Of a stretch of DNA of 64,000 nucleotides, positions 33,218-44,334 are shown piece by piece (positions within the stretch are counted from its first letter, which is position 1; each line of letters begins with the position of its first letter). Origin of the DNA: an uncultured Myxococcales bacterium (GTDB lineage: Bacteria; Myxococcota_A; Polyangia; Fen-1088); assembly GCA_964546845.1 (NCBI GenBank), contig CAZJMY010000424.1, positions 23,672-87,671 of the forward strand. The letters are read 5' to 3'. The translations under genes were made by a program, and so were the position numbers. The notes below the pieces were generated by a model. It had not been told where the DNA came from and did no database searches. It worked only from the letters and a program-made list of their open reading frames with translations.

Positions 33218-35599
33218 ATGAACCACCAGCATGACCACCGCGAGGCGGGCGGGACGCCTCACTCACACCACCTCCCGAGCGCAGCGGCTCCTCTCGAAAA
33301 GGACCCGGTCTGCGGCATGGATGTACCGGCGGATGCGCCGCTACGGAGCGACTACGGCGGCAAGACGTACGTCTTCTGCGGCAAGCGTTGCCTCGAGCGC
33401 TTCCGACAGAACCCGGCCGCGTTTGTCGGGAAGGCGCCCGATCAGACCGCGGCTCCGGCTCCGACCGCGACCGCTGGCGCCAAAGTCGAGTGGACGTGCC
33501 CCATGCACCCGCAAATCGTGCGCGACAAGTCGGGGACGTGCCCGATCTGCGGCATGGCGCTCGAGCCGCGAACAATCACTGCGGAGCCGCTGGACAATCC
33601 CGAGCTCAAGGACATGACGCGGCGGTTCTGGACGGCGGCGGCGGTCACCACCCCCCTCTTTCTGCTTGCGATGGGTGAGGTGATCCTGGTAGGCAACTTC
33701 GCGCGCTGGGTGTCGCCCCGGCTCCGGACTTGGATCGAGCTCGCGCTGGCAGCACCGGTCTGCCTCTGGGCGGCGTGGCCGTTCTATGTGCGGGCCGTGC
33801 AGTCGGTACGGAACCGCAGCCTGAACATGTTCACGCTCATCGGGCTCGGGGTGTCCGTGGCGTTCCTCTACAGCCTGGTCGCGACGCTCGCGCCCGGGAT
33901 CTTCCCGCCTTCGTTCCGCGAGCACGACGGGAGAGTGGGCGTCTACTTCGAGGCGGCCGGCGTGATCGTCACGTTGATCCTTCTCGGGCAGGTGTTGGAG
34001 CTGCGCGCCCGCAGTGCAACGGGCGCGGCGATCCGGAAGCTACTTGGGCTCGCGCCCAAGCAGGCCCGCCGGGTGGGCGCTGACGGCAGCGAGACAGACG
34101 TGCCGCTCGAGGAGGTACGCGTCGGCGATCGCCTGCGGGTCCGGCCGGGCGAGAAGGTTCCCGTCGATGGTGTGGTCGTCGAGGGACGCAGCCACGTCGA
34201 CGAATCCATGGTCAGCGGCGAGCCGATTCCGGTGCAGAAGGAGGTCGGTTCGAAGGTCGTCGGCGCCACGCTCAACAGCGCCGGGACCCTGGTCATCCGC
34301 GCGGAAAAGGTCGGCGCCGATACCCTCCTCGCACGGATCGTCGCCATGGTCGGGGAGGCACAGCGGAGCCGCGCACCCATTCAGAAGCTCGCCGACGTCG
34401 TGGCCAGCTACTTCGTGCCTGTCGTCATCGGCATTGGCGCCGTGACTTTCGTCGTCTGGTCGTTGGTCGGGCTCGAGCCTCGAGCGGCGCACGGCCTCAT
34501 CAATGCTGTCGCGGTCCTGATCATCGCCTGCCCGTGCGCGCTGGGCCTCGCTACGCCCATGTCAATCATGGTCGCGATGGGGCGCGGGGCGACGACCGGC
34601 GTCCTCTTTCGCAACGCGGAGGCGGTCGAGATCCTGCGCAAGGTCGACACGCTGGTCGTCGACAAGACGGGCACGCTGACCGAAGGCAAACCGAAGCTGG
34701 TCAGCGTCAACCCCTTCGGGCAAACGTCCGAGGCGGATCTCGTTCGTCTTGCGGCGGCCCTGGAGCGAGGCAGCGAGCATCCGCTCGCCGTCGCGGTCGT
34801 GAAGGGCGCTGAAGAACGAGGGATCGCACTCCCGGTGGCCACGGGCTTCGAGGCGGTGAACGGCAAGGGCGTGAAGGGCAACATCGAGGGGCGCGCGATC
34901 GCGATCGGCAACCGCGCGCTGCTCGCCGACCTGGGCATCGACGCGGCACCGTTCGCCGCGAAGGCCGAGGAGCTGCGCCGGGACGCGCAGACCGTTATCT
35001 TCGTCATCGTCGATGGGAAACCTGCTGGTCTCCTGGGGGTGGCCGATCCGATCAAGGACAGCACGCCCGAAGCGATGCGCGCCCTGCACGAGGAGGGCGT
35101 CCGGATCGTGATGCTCACCGGCGACAGCCGGACGACGGCCGAGGCCGTCGGTCGGAAGCTGGCGATCGACGAGATCGAGGCCGAGGTCCTACCCGACCAG
35201 AAGGCGAGCGTCGTGAAGCGTCTCCAGAGCCAAGGCCGGATCGTCGCGATGGCGGGCGATGGAATTAACGACGCTCCCGCGCTGGCGCAGGCGCAGGTCG
35301 GGATTGCCATGGGAACCGGCACCGACGTGGCGATGGAGAGCGCGGGCGTCACGTTGGTCCAAGGCGATCTCCGTGCCATCGCCCGTGCCCGCCGGATCAG
35401 CCGCCAGACCCTCGCGAACATCAAACAGAACCTCTTCTTCGCGTTCGTCTACAACATCGCGGGAATTCCCATCGCCGCGGGTGTGCTGTACCCCTGGTTC
35501 CACATCCTGGCGAGCCCGATGATGGCAGCCGCTGCCATGAGCCTCAGCTCAGTCTCGGTCGTTGGCAACGCCCTCCGTCTGCGGCGGGCCAGGATCTAG
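33218..35599 (+). CDS. copA: P1B-type copper-translocating ATPase with His-rich, YHS/TRASH and HMBD N-terminal modules
   Basis: CPC ([11 protein letters not shown]), [23 protein letters not shown]-terminus DPVCGMDV...[12 protein letters not shown] (YHS) and [26 protein letters not shown]. Confidence 0.93.
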   Translation: MNHQHDHREAGGTPHSHHLPSAAAPLEKDPVCGMDVPADAPLRSDYGGKTYVFCGKRCLERFRQNPAAFVGKAPDQTAAPAPTATAGAKVEWTCPMHPQIVRDKSGTCPICGMALEPRTITAEPLDNPELKDMTRRFWTAAAVTTPLFLLAMGEVILVGNFARWVSPRLRTWIELALAAPVCLWAAWPFYVRAVQSVRNRSLNMFTLIGLGVSVAFLYSLVATLAPGIFPPSFREHDGRVGVYFEAAGVIVTLILLGQVLELRARSATGAAIRKLLGLAPKQARRVGADGSETDVPLEEVRVGDRLRVRPGEKVPVDGVVVEGRSHVDESMVSGEPIPVQKEVGSKVVGATLNSAGTLVIRAEKVGADTLLARIVAMVGEAQRSRAPIQKLADVVASYFVPVVIGIGAVTFVVWSLVGLEPRAAHGLINAVAVLIIACPCALGLATPMSIMVAMGRGATTGVLFRNAEAVEILRKVDTLVVDKTGTLTEGKPKLVSVNPFGQTSEADLVRLAAALERGSEHPLAVAVVKGAEERGIALPVATGFEAVNGKGVKGNIEGRAIAIGNRALLADLGIDAAPFAAKAEELRRDAQTVIFVIVDGKPAGLLGVADPIKDSTPEAMRALHEEGVRIVMLTGDSRTTAEAVGRKLAIDEIEAEVLPDQKASVVKRLQSQGRIVAMAGDGINDAPALAQAQVGIAMGTGTDVAMESAGVTLVQGDLRAIARARRISRQTLANIKQNLFFAFVYNIAGIPIAAGVLYPWFHILASPMMAAAAMSLSSVSVVGNALRLRRARI

Positions 35600-35616
35600 C
35601 CTGGGGCCGGCCCAGG
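35600..35616 (+). terminator. GC hairpin CCTGGG-GCCGG-CCCAGG immediately after the copA stop
   Basis: Read from the sequence. 6-bp stem, 5-nt loop, no T-tract. Confidence 0.3.
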
Positions 35617-35629
35617 CGCGGCGCAGATT

Positions 35630-35678
35630 CTGCGTCGCCCTCTCGGCCAGTCGCAGGCTTTGCGCCGTCCGAATGGCG
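35630..35678 (+). repeat. ~45-nt intergenic motif, copy B (shared with 25700..25745)
   Basis: CTGCGTCGCCCTCTCGGCCAGTCGCAGGCTTTGCGCC lies downstream of copA. CTGCG...CGCAG can pair. Confidence 0.4.
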
Positions 35679-35705
35679 GAGTTCCATCGCCGCGCGTAGG
35701 GGCGT

Positions 35706-36029
35706 GTGGCACCACCCGTGCAAATGCCCGAAGGCATGACCAACCATGAGATGCTCGCCGGGGACGCAATTGAAGAGAGGTACCGGCGCCGGCTGCGCTG
35801 GGGTCTGGGAGCGTTCCTCGCCATCGCGTTCTTCTTCCTCTGGGAGGAGCACCGCGCTCATCTCTTTGCGGCGCTGCCGTGGCTGCTGCTGCTCGCCTGT
35901 CCCCTGATGCACCGCTTCATGCATCGGGGCCACCGATCGCACCATGACGAGGATCGGCCCACTTCGGGCGAGAAGGTCGCGGGCGACGAAGAACGAGAGC
36001 ACCAGCACGGCGGCCACGGCTGCTGCTGA
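35706..36029 (+). CDS. DUF2933-like small membrane protein with His/Cys-rich tail
   Basis: EEHRAHLFAALPWLLLLACPLMHRFMHRGH pattern and C-terminus HQHGGHGCC. Start uncertain (GTG 35706, ATG 35724 or ATG 35736). Confidence 0.6.
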   Translation: MAPPVQMPEGMTNHEMLAGDAIEERYRRRLRWGLGAFLAIAFFFLWEEHRAHLFAALPWLLLLACPLMHRFMHRGHRSHHDEDRPTSGEKVAGDEEREHQHGGHGCC

Positions 36030-36041
36030 AAGGACCACGCC

Positions 36042-36740
36042 ATGGATCACGGAACGAGTACTCCCGCATACGGCCTCTGGACGTTGGTCTTGATCAACTC
36101 CGCGGTCTTCATCCTGTTCGCTTTCAGCTTCTTCAAGCCGCGGACGAAGCGCGACTGGAGGACGTTCGGGAGCTTCTCGGCGTTCATTGTCGCGCTCTTC
36201 GTCGAAATGTACGGCTTTCCCCTGACGATCTACCTGCTGGCCGGATGGCTGGGGCGGCGTCTTCCGGGCGTCAACCTCTTCTCGCACGACGCGGGCCACC
36301 TCCTCTACGACCTGCTGGGCTTCAAGGGCAACCCGCACCTCAACCCGCTCCACATCGCGAGCAACCTGTTCATCCTCGCCGGATTCGTCGTGCTCGCGCG
36401 CGCGTGGCGCGTGCTGTTCGTCTCCCAGCAGGAGAAGAAGCTGGCCACGAGCGGACCCTACGCACGGATCCGCCACCCCCAGTACGTCGGCTTCATCGTC
36501 ATCATGTTCGGTTTCCTGCTCCAGTGGCCGACGCTGGTGACGCTGGTGATGTTCCCGATCCTGCTCGCCACCTATGTTCGGCTCGCGCACCGGGAGGAGC
36601 GGGAGGTCGAGGCAGAGTTCGGGGACGAATGGCGCGCCTACGCGGCTGTGACGCCGCGCTGGATCCCGAGCCTCGGCGAGGCGCGTGTCCCGGCGCATGG
36701 TCCTAGCCAGGCCGGGAGGCACGCCGAGCGGCCGGTCTGA
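36042..36740 (+). CDS. isoprenylcysteine carboxyl methyltransferase (ICMT)-family membrane methyltransferase
   Basis: Multi-TM protein. C-terminal [17 protein letters not shown]...[17 protein letters not shown] signature. Confidence 0.78.
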   Translation: MDHGTSTPAYGLWTLVLINSAVFILFAFSFFKPRTKRDWRTFGSFSAFIVALFVEMYGFPLTIYLLAGWLGRRLPGVNLFSHDAGHLLYDLLGFKGNPHLNPLHIASNLFILAGFVVLARAWRVLFVSQQEKKLATSGPYARIRHPQYVGFIVIMFGFLLQWPTLVTLVMFPILLATYVRLAHREEREVEAEFGDEWRAYAAVTPRWIPSLGEARVPAHGPSQAGRHAERPV

Positions 36741-36765
36741 GCCTCTCTGCGAGCGTTGTGACCTG

Positions 36766-37469
<704 letters not shown>

Positions 37470-37470
<1 letters not shown>

Positions 37471-39830
37471 TGCGCGCGCTCGATCGCAAGCTGTTCCGCG
37501 ATCTCTGGCGCATGAAGGCGCAGGCAGCGGCGATCGCGCTGGTCGTCGCCGCCGGGGTGTCGCTGTTCGTCGCGATGGTGGCGACTTACCGGTCGATGAG
37601 CCTGTCCGAGCACCACTACTACACGCGCTGGCGATTCGCCCAGGTCTGGTCGGATCTCTCTCGCGCGCCAACCTCCATCACGCGCGACATCGCCGCGCTT
37701 CCAGGCGTCGCGGCCGTGGAAGGCCGCGTGAAGCACCACGCGGTCCTGGACGTGCCGGGCATGGCGCAGCCGGCGTCAGCGGTGCTCGTCTCGATTCCGC
37801 CGACGGCCGGCCACGGCGTCAATGACCTCTACCTCCGCCGGGGGCGGCACGTGGAGCCGGGGCACGGGGCCGAAGTGCTGGTCAGTGAAGCCTTCGCCGA
37901 GAAGAACCACCTCGTGCTCGGCGACACGATGATCGCCACGATTGCGGGCCGCCACGTCCAGCTCCGATTCGTGGGCGTGGCACTCTCGCCCGAATACGTG
38001 ATGCCGGTGCCGCCGAGCGGCCTCGCCCCCGACGACCGCCGGTTCGCGGTGATCTGGATGGCTCGGGACGAGCTGCAGAGCCTGTTCGACCTGCGGGGCG
38101 CGATCAACGAGGTCGCCGTCCTGCTTGCCCCGGGCGCGGACGAACGCGCCGTCGCGAGCGCGATCGATCGCGTCCTCGCGCCCTACGGCGGTCGCGGTGC
38201 CTATGGGCGGGACAGCCAGCCCTCCCACACCATGCTCGAGGAGCACATCCGGCCGCTCAAGTCGGTCGCGCTCATCGTTCCCACGATCTTCCTTCTGGTC
38301 GCCGCGTTCCTCGTCAACATTGTCCTCTCGAGGTTCGTGGCCACTCAGCGGGAGCAGATCGGCCTGCTCAAGGCGTTCGGGTACTCGTCGGGCCGCGTGG
38401 CCCTGCATTACCTCGAGCTGACCATGCTGATCGTGCTTACCGGCGTCATCGTCGGGCTGCCCATCGGCGCCCGCCTGGGGTTGGGCTTCGCCCGCTTCTA
38501 CGGCGCCTTCTTCCGCTTTCCCGTCCTCGTGTTCCGGATCGAGCCGGCGCTGATGGTGGGCGCGCTCCTGATCGCCACCGTCACCACCGGGCTCGGCGCG
38601 CTCGGCAGCGTGCGCCGAGTCCTCGCGCTTCCTCCTGTCGTGGCGATGACGCCCGAGATCCCCGCGTTTCGGCGCACGCTCCTCGATCGGATGGGCGTGT
38701 CTCGATGGCTGGCGCCGGCTTGGCGGATGGTCGTGCGCAACCTGCTGAAGCGGCCGCTGCGCTCCGGGCTAGCGGTGGCGGGCATGGCGTTCGCGGTGTC
38801 CGTCATCCTGATTGGCAGCGCGACCGCGGACGCGACCGATCGGATGCGCGACGTGCGCTATCAGGCGGCCGAGCGACAGGACGTGACCGTCTCCCTGATG
38901 GATGCGCGCGCCATCGGCACCGCTCGGGACTTCCTGGCCCTGCCCGGCGTGACGCGCGTCGAGCCGTATCGCGTGGTGCCGGCTCGCTTCGCCGGCGACC
39001 GACAGATGCAGGACGTCGCTCTTTACGGGTTGCCGTCCGGCGGTGTCCTGCGAAGGGTTGTCGACAACGACTACCACGTTTTCTCGGTGCCTCCCGATGG
39101 GGCGATCGTGACCGCCTGGCTTGCCAAACACTTCGGCCTCGGGCGCGGCGATCCGTTGAAGCTCGAGATCCGGGAGAAGCGGCGCCGCCTCGTCACGACC
39201 CGCGTCGTCGACGTCGTGCCGGAACCGCTGGGCTTGGCGGTGTACATGGACCTCGGCGCGCTCGGACGACTGCTCGGCGAGCCGGAGACCTACTCGGTCG
39301 CCAATCTCACCATCGATCCGATGCGTGAGCGCGAGCTGTTCGGGACGTTGAAGCGGACCCCGGCGGCGGTTGCCGTCGACTTTCGGAGAGGGGCGCTGGC
39401 GAGCTTCCGGCAGATGAGCGACGCGGTTGCCGTCTTCATCCGGAAGGTGGAGGTCATCTTCGCGATCATCATCGCGTTCGGTGTCGTGTACAACACCGCC
39501 AAGATCGCACTGGCCGAGCGGTCACGCGAGCTCGCCACCCTGCGTGTCCTCGGGTTCACGCGGCGCGAGGCGTCCGCGATCCTGCTGGGCGAGCTGGGCG
39601 TGCTCGCCGCGCCGGCCGTTCCGCTCGGCCTGCTCATGGGCCACTGGCTCTCGGGCCTGGTGATCGGTGCCTGGGCGGGAGAGCGGATGCACCCGCCTGT
39701 GATCGTCGCCGCGTCGACCTACGGCCTTGCGCTGGTGGTGTTCGTGTTCGGCCTCGCGGCATCGGCCTTGCTGGTGCGCAGAAATCTCGATCGCCTCGAC
39801 CTGGTCGGGGTGTTGAAGGCGAGGGAGTGA
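37470..39830 (+). CDS. ABC transporter permease with two FtsX-type domains
   Basis: The ATG overlaps the upstream TGA by 1 nt. N-terminus RKLFRDLWRMKAQ, large extracytoplasmic loops, and two blocks of 3-4 TM helices. Confidence 0.87.
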
Positions 39831-39832
39831 CC

Positions 39833-41047
39833 ATGAACAGGGGAAAGCGAACGAAGACAGTCGTCTGGCTCGGCATTCTCGCCGCGCTGGCCGCGGCGGT
39901 GGCGTGGAGCCTGAGACCACAACCGGTCGCCGCGACGATTGCAACTGTCACGCGTGGGCCGCTCGCGGCAACGGTGAGCGCGGAGGGGCGCGCGCGCGTC
40001 AAGGATCTGTACGTCATCGCGGCGCCCGTCGACGGCCAGCTGGAGCGCGTCATCGCCCGTCCTGACGACGCGGTTGCCGCTGGCGCGACGGTGGCCGAGA
40101 TCCGCCCGGCCGCGTCGCGCCCGCTCGACCCGCGCACCCGCGCCGAGGCAGGCGCCGCGGTGGCGACGGCCGAGGCGGCCGTGGCGCGCGCCGACGCTGC
40201 CCAGCGAGAGGGCGAGGCCGCGCTCGAGCACGCCAACAGCCTCCTGTCGACGGCGCGCCAGCTCACCGACAAGGGCGCCGCGCCCCGCGCGGACCTGGAG
40301 CACCGGGGCCATGAGGCGGAAATCCGCCGGGGAGCCGCCGAAGGCGCGGCGGCGGCCGCCCGTCAGGCGCGGGCCGAGCTGGCCCGGGCGCGTGCGGTCC
40401 TCGCGCCCACCACCGCCAAACCGGGACAGCCCACGCCGGTGCAGGCGCCGGTGGCGGGAAGGATCCTTCGCGTCATGCGCGAGAGCGCCGGCCCGATCGC
40501 CGCCGGGACGCCCTTGCTGGAGGTCGGCGACATAGCCCACCTGGAGGTGCACGCCGATCTGTTGTCGGGCGACGCCGCCGACGTCCGGCCAGGCGCCGAC
40601 GCGACCATCACTGGGTGGGGCGGTCCCAGGCCGATTCACGCGTGCGTCCGCCGGATCGACCCCGCGGCCTTCACCAAGGTCTCAGCGCTCGGTCTGGAAG
40701 AGCAGCGGGTGCACGTGGTGCTCGACCTGACGGAGCGGCCGCCGCCTGGTCTCGGTCACGATTATCGAGTGGACGCCGCCATCGTGGTGTGGGAGGGCAA
40801 GGACGTTCTACGCGCCCCGTCGACGGCACTGTTTCGGTCGGTTGACCGGTGGACCGTCTTCGTCGTTCGCGACGGCCGCGCCCGCAAGGTCCCCGTCGAG
40901 GTCGGACCCAGTGACGGCACCGCGACTGTAATCACCAAAGGCCTCGCCGAAGGGGACAGCGTCATCGTTCAACCGTCAGACGTCATCGACGAGGGCACGC
41001 GCATCGACGGCAGTATCCGTACGCCCGTGGGGCCGGGCTCGTCGTAG
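39833..41047 (+). CDS. HlyD-family periplasmic adaptor
   Basis: ATG 6 nt after GAGGGAG. N-terminal TM helix, Ala/Arg/Glu coiled-coil hairpin, beta-barrel C-terminus. Confidence 0.85.
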   Translation: MNRGKRTKTVVWLGILAALAAAVAWSLRPQPVAATIATVTRGPLAATVSAEGRARVKDLYVIAAPVDGQLERVIARPDDAVAAGATVAEIRPAASRPLDPRTRAEAGAAVATAEAAVARADAAQREGEAALEHANSLLSTARQLTDKGAAPRADLEHRGHEAEIRRGAAEGAAAAARQARAELARARAVLAPTTAKPGQPTPVQAPVAGRILRVMRESAGPIAAGTPLLEVGDIAHLEVHADLLSGDAADVRPGADATITGWGGPRPIHACVRRIDPAAFTKVSALGLEEQRVHVVLDLTERPPPGLGHDYRVDAAIVVWEGKDVLRAPSTALFRSVDRWTVFVVRDGRARKVPVEVGPSDGTATVITKGLAEGDSVIVQPSDVIDEGTRIDGSIRTPVGPGSS

Positions 41048-41057
41048 CGGGCAGCCT

Positions 41058-41075
41058 CGCGTCGGCGGACCGACG
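41058..41075. terminator. hairpin GCGTCGG-CGGA-CCGACGC between convergent genes
   Basis: A 7-bp perfect stem with a 4-nt loop, exactly between the stops at 41047 (+) and 41078 (-). Confidence 0.4.
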
Positions 41076-41077
41076 CC

Positions 41078-42337
41078 TCACGCGAGGTCACGAGCGATCG
41101 CGTCTATCGCCTTCAATCCCTGACCGAAGCGGGCCATGGCTTCCCGATGCTTCTCGAGTTCGCCGTAGGGCAGGTAGCGTACGTGCAAATCTCCGACGCG
41201 CTGGAACGCAGGCCGGCGGAGCTGCGCGCGGACGTCCTCCTCGCGATCATCGGGCGCGACCAGAAAGAGGGCCCGCGTGGCGCTGCCCGGCGCGCCGAGC
41301 GCCAGGTCGAGCAGGCGCACAATGCCGCTGTAGATCGAGGTCGTGTGCTCGACTTCGAAGGCGGCGACGACGGCGCCACCGTTCTTGTCAATCCAGAGCA
41401 CGTCGATCAGGCGAATGGCGTCGACGCCGGGCACGCCCGACAGCCACGCCGGGAGGTGATCGAGGCAGCCGTCGCCGAGCTGCCCCCCGTCGAGCGGGCG
41501 CCCGCGATCGTTCACCGCCACCCACACGTCGAAGCCGAGCGCGCGACCGAGATCGCGCAGCCAGCCCTGGACCTCCGTGTGGGTCCGGTCGTCCGCTCGG
41601 GCGCCTTCGCGGGCATTTCGCTCCTTCGCGCTCTCTTCGCGGACGTGGAGGAGATCCTGCTCCCAGGCCGCGCGCGCCGCGGCGTCGTCGCTCCGAGGCG
41701 GAGCGGCGTAGCGACCGCCCCCGACGTCGAACAACAGCCCGCCGAAGGCGCCCAGGTCATTCGACAGGAGGTCACGGTGATCGGCGTTCATCCGCAAGAT
41801 GCCGGAGCGCATCGCCAGGTACTCCTCCCAGCTTCCGAGCTTGACCGATGCTCCGGTGAGCGCGTTGTAGCCGCGCACGATGGCTGTGTTGAACGGCGGC
41901 GCGATCGTCGGGTGGAGGAAATACAGGAGATTGGCGGCGGCCGGCCCCAGGCCCTTGATCGCGTGTCGGTCGAGCTCCCGGATCGCGTCGATGACCGCGT
42001 CGGCGCCTTGGCAGCAGACGCAGGTGTCGAGGAAGCGGCCGAAGGCCCGCTGGTTGTCTGGCGATTCGTAGATGTCGGGGATCCGCAGCTTCGGCTTCCA
42101 AAGGAACGCGTGGTCGGCGCCCTTGAAGATCTGGCGCTGCTCCGCGATCGACTTCACCACCACCTCCAGTGACGACCCGCGATACTGGCTTCCGAAGGTC
42201 CCCGCCTCGATCTCCTGCACGACCGTGGTGAGCCCGCGCCGGATCGAGCGGAAGTTCTTGAGCCGTTCCTCCCACAGGAACCAGCTGCGGTAGGTCCCGC
42301 CCGGATCGTCCCGCCACCGTGCGATCAGCGTTCGCAT
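41078..42337 (-). CDS. hypothetical protein with a C-terminal restriction-endonuclease-like (PD-(D/E)xK-type) region
   Basis: C-terminus HTEVQGWLRDLGRALGFDVWVA...IDVLWID...AAFEVEHTTSIYSGIVRLLDL resembles a nuclease core. N-terminal ~230 aa are unassigned (LGPAAANLLYFLHPTIAPPFN). Confidence 0.55.
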   Translation of the reverse strand: MRTLIARWRDDPGGTYRSWFLWEERLKNFRSIRRGLTTVVQEIEAGTFGSQYRGSSLEVVVKSIAEQRQIFKGADHAFLWKPKLRIPDIYESPDNQRAFGRFLDTCVCCQGADAVIDAIRELDRHAIKGLGPAAANLLYFLHPTIAPPFNTAIVRGYNALTGASVKLGSWEEYLAMRSGILRMNADHRDLLSNDLGAFGGLLFDVGGGRYAAPPRSDDAAARAAWEQDLLHVREESAKERNAREGARADDRTHTEVQGWLRDLGRALGFDVWVAVNDRGRPLDGGQLGDGCLDHLPAWLSGVPGVDAIRLIDVLWIDKNGGAVVAAFEVEHTTSIYSGIVRLLDLALGAPGSATRALFLVAPDDREEDVRAQLRRPAFQRVGDLHVRYLPYGELEKHREAMARFGQGLKAIDAIARDLA

Positions 42338-42368
42338 TCGTTCCGATGGTACCGGATCTCGCGGCTCC

Positions 42369-43046
42369 TCAAGAGGCTTCGCCGGGGCCGATGACGTTCG
42401 GCACGTGGTGCTCGCGGCAACATGGAGGCAGCTCGTCGAAAAGGCGCCTCAGAGCGTCGGCGGCTTTGGCCAAAAAATCGGCTTGGCTCTCGACGAAGAA
42501 TCGGCGCGGGTGACCGCGCCACGCCTCCTCGATGCGCAGGTCGATGGCCGCCGCGGTCGCGGCCGGCTCGACTCGCAGCTTGTTGCTGTGGTCGTATCCG
42601 AGCGCTACGGACGGCGTTCGCAGATGAATCACGGTGTCGTAGCGCGCCAGCTCTGTCTCGCGGGTGGTGCCGGTCTCAGCGAGGAATTCGTTCTCGTCGC
42701 TCGGCCAGTACGCCAGGCCGTCCAGTGTTCCGCGATCGCATAGCGTGACGGCGGGGGCTCCGTCGGGCCCGATGAGCCGCTCGAGCTGCCGCTGCACATG
42801 GAAGATGGCTCGCTGTGCCGCCTTGCGCGACGCCTCGGAGTCCTCGCGCGGGAATCCGCCGCCGAACAGGATGCTGGCCGCCTCCGGCAGGACCCGCACG
42901 TGCTTGCAGAAGTAGCGCCGGACGAGCTCGAGGACGGCGGTCTTCCCTGCCCCGGGGCCTCCGGTAAGCACGACGCGCCGGCCGAGGTGCACGTCGGCGC
43001 ACGCGCAAGCGACGGGCCCAGCGGTCGACGCTGCGCCGGGGGTCAC
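42369..43046 (-). CDS. P-loop ATPase (NadR/AAA_28-like)
   Basis: Walker A LTGGPGAGKT and DRG (Walker B-like) CDRGTLDGLAYW. 31 nt upstream of the nuclease-like gene on the same strand. Confidence 0.65.
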   Translation of the reverse strand: MTPGAASTAGPVACACADVHLGRRVVLTGGPGAGKTAVLELVRRYFCKHVRVLPEAASILFGGGFPREDSEASRKAAQRAIFHVQRQLERLIGPDGAPAVTLCDRGTLDGLAYWPSDENEFLAETGTTRETELARYDTVIHLRTPSVALGYDHSNKLRVEPAATAAAIDLRIEEAWRGHPRRFFVESQADFLAKAADALRRLFDELPPCCREHHVPNVIGPGEAS

Positions 43047-43103
43047 GCCACTCCGATCGCAACGGCCGGGTCAGGCGAACAAGGTGGGTGAGCGTCTCCC
43101 GGC

Positions 43104-43158
43104 TTCATCGTTCGCGCCTCCGCAGAGAGCGCGGCTCCTAGAGAACACGAACGATGAA
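43104..43158. repeat. perfect 11-bp inverted repeat TTCATCGTTCG / CGAACGATGAA separated by 33 nt
   Basis: Read from the sequence. Lies between the 3-prime end of 43210..43578 and the start of the ATPase gene. Confidence 0.3.
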
Positions 43159-43209
43159 CCCGAGGTTCGACTTCAGGATACGAGGCGACGGGGAGCATCG
43201 CCCATCACC

Positions 43210-43578
43210 CTATTTCCCCTGCAGCTCTTTTGCCCGCAAGGTGTGATAGTCAGCAGCCTTTTCGGCATCGGCCGCCAGCTTGTCGGCGTCCTTGGCGATC
43301 AGCTCGCAGTGCTTCTTCATCTTTACCGCGTTGGCGTTGGGAGTGGGCCCGTTGGTCGGCTGGTGCTGAGCCGCATAGGCGGCCGCCATGGCTTTATGAT
43401 CCTCGGCGACCTTCTTGTACTGCGCCGCCTGATCTTTGTATTGCTTCGCGAGCGCCTCGTGCTCCGCCACGGTCGTGGGCACCTTGGCCTCGTCGGCGAA
43501 TGATGTCGTCGCCGTGAGCGCAAATGCGGCGAAGGCAAGGGACGCGAGCAGCGGTCGGATTCGGGTAGCAGCTATCAT
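43210..43578 (-). CDS. periplasmic helical protein (family Y, copy 1)
   Basis: ATG at 43578 with AGGAGAG RBS. Signal peptide. AEHEALAKQYKDQAAQYKKVAEDHKAMAAAY...KMKKHCELIAKDADKLAADAEKAADYHTLRAKEL. Confidence 0.62.
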   Translation of the reverse strand: MIAATRIRPLLASLAFAAFALTATTSFADEAKVPTTVAEHEALAKQYKDQAAQYKKVAEDHKAMAAAYAAQHQPTNGPTPNANAVKMKKHCELIAKDADKLAADAEKAADYHTLRAKELQGK

Positions 43579-43645
43579 GATTCTCTCCTGTGGTCGTGTG
43601 GTGGTGTTGGCCTGCCCACTCACTCGAGTGGCCCGGCTTGTGCTT

Positions 43646-44017
43646 CTACTTTCCAGCCAGCTCCTTGGCGCGCAGCGTGTGGAAGTCCGCCGCCTTCTCG
43701 GCGTCGGCCGCAAGCTTGTCGGCGTCCTTCGCCAGCATCTCGCAGTGCTTCTTCATCTTCTCGTTCCACGGATTCTTCATGCCGCCCTTCGCGTCCGGAT
43801 GCGCCTTCGCGTAGACGGCGGCCATCTCCCTGTGTTCATCCGCGGTCTTCTTGTACATCGCGGCCTCCTCCTTGTACTGCTTCGCCAGCGCTTCGTGCTC
43901 TGCGGTCGTGGTCGGCACCTTCGCCGATTCGCCGGCGACGGACGCAGTTGCGGTAAGCGCGAAGGCGACGAACGCGAGCGAGGCGAGGATCGTGCGGGTC
44001 TTGGTAGCGAGCTTCAT
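43646..44017 (-). CDS. periplasmic helical protein (family Y, copy 2; tandem paralogue)
   Basis: ATG at 44017 with AAGGAGAAA RBS. Nearly colinear with copy 1. About 88% nt identity over a ~62-nt block (43262-43323 vs 43698-43759). Confidence 0.62.
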   Translation of the reverse strand: MKLATKTRTILASLAFVAFALTATASVAGESAKVPTTTAEHEALAKQYKEEAAMYKKTADEHREMAAVYAKAHPDAKGGMKNPWNEKMKKHCEMLAKDADKLAADAEKAADFHTLRAKELAGK

Positions 44018-44150
44018 GACGTTTCTCCTTTTTTCTTGGTTCGTGAATCGGATACGGAACCCGGGTATGCAGCCCGCGTTCCAACCGAAGCGCTCGGTCC
44101 GAATCTCGGCTCCGAGCGGAGCGAACATAGGAAAATGCGTAGGGGACCTC

Positions 44151-44175
44151 CAGTGTGACCTCGGGAGTTACACTG
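44151..44175. promoter_or_regulatory. imperfect inverted repeat CAGTGTGAC-N7-GTTACACTG (candidate operator)
   Basis: Located in the divergent intergenic region between 44017 (-) and the regulator start at 44335 (+). 8 of 9 arm positions pair. Confidence 0.25.
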
Positions 44176-44334
44176 AGGGATTCGGCACGTCCTTCATCGA
44201 CGGCGCCGGTAAGCGCAGGAATTGCGCGGATCGCGAAGCCGTTCCGCAAAACCCCGTGGGGCACGTACCTTGCCTTCCCGTCTACCGTCTTTCGTACCCA
44301 ACCCCCGTTTGAACAGAAACATGGCGGAAACGAC

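Noticed and set aside
44060-44080. CsoR-like operator ATAC...GGGTAT (GATACGGAACCCGGGTATGC)
   Set aside because: Only the outer 4 bp are palindromic and the inner bases do not pair. The inverted repeat at 44151..44175 is a better, though still weak, candidate.
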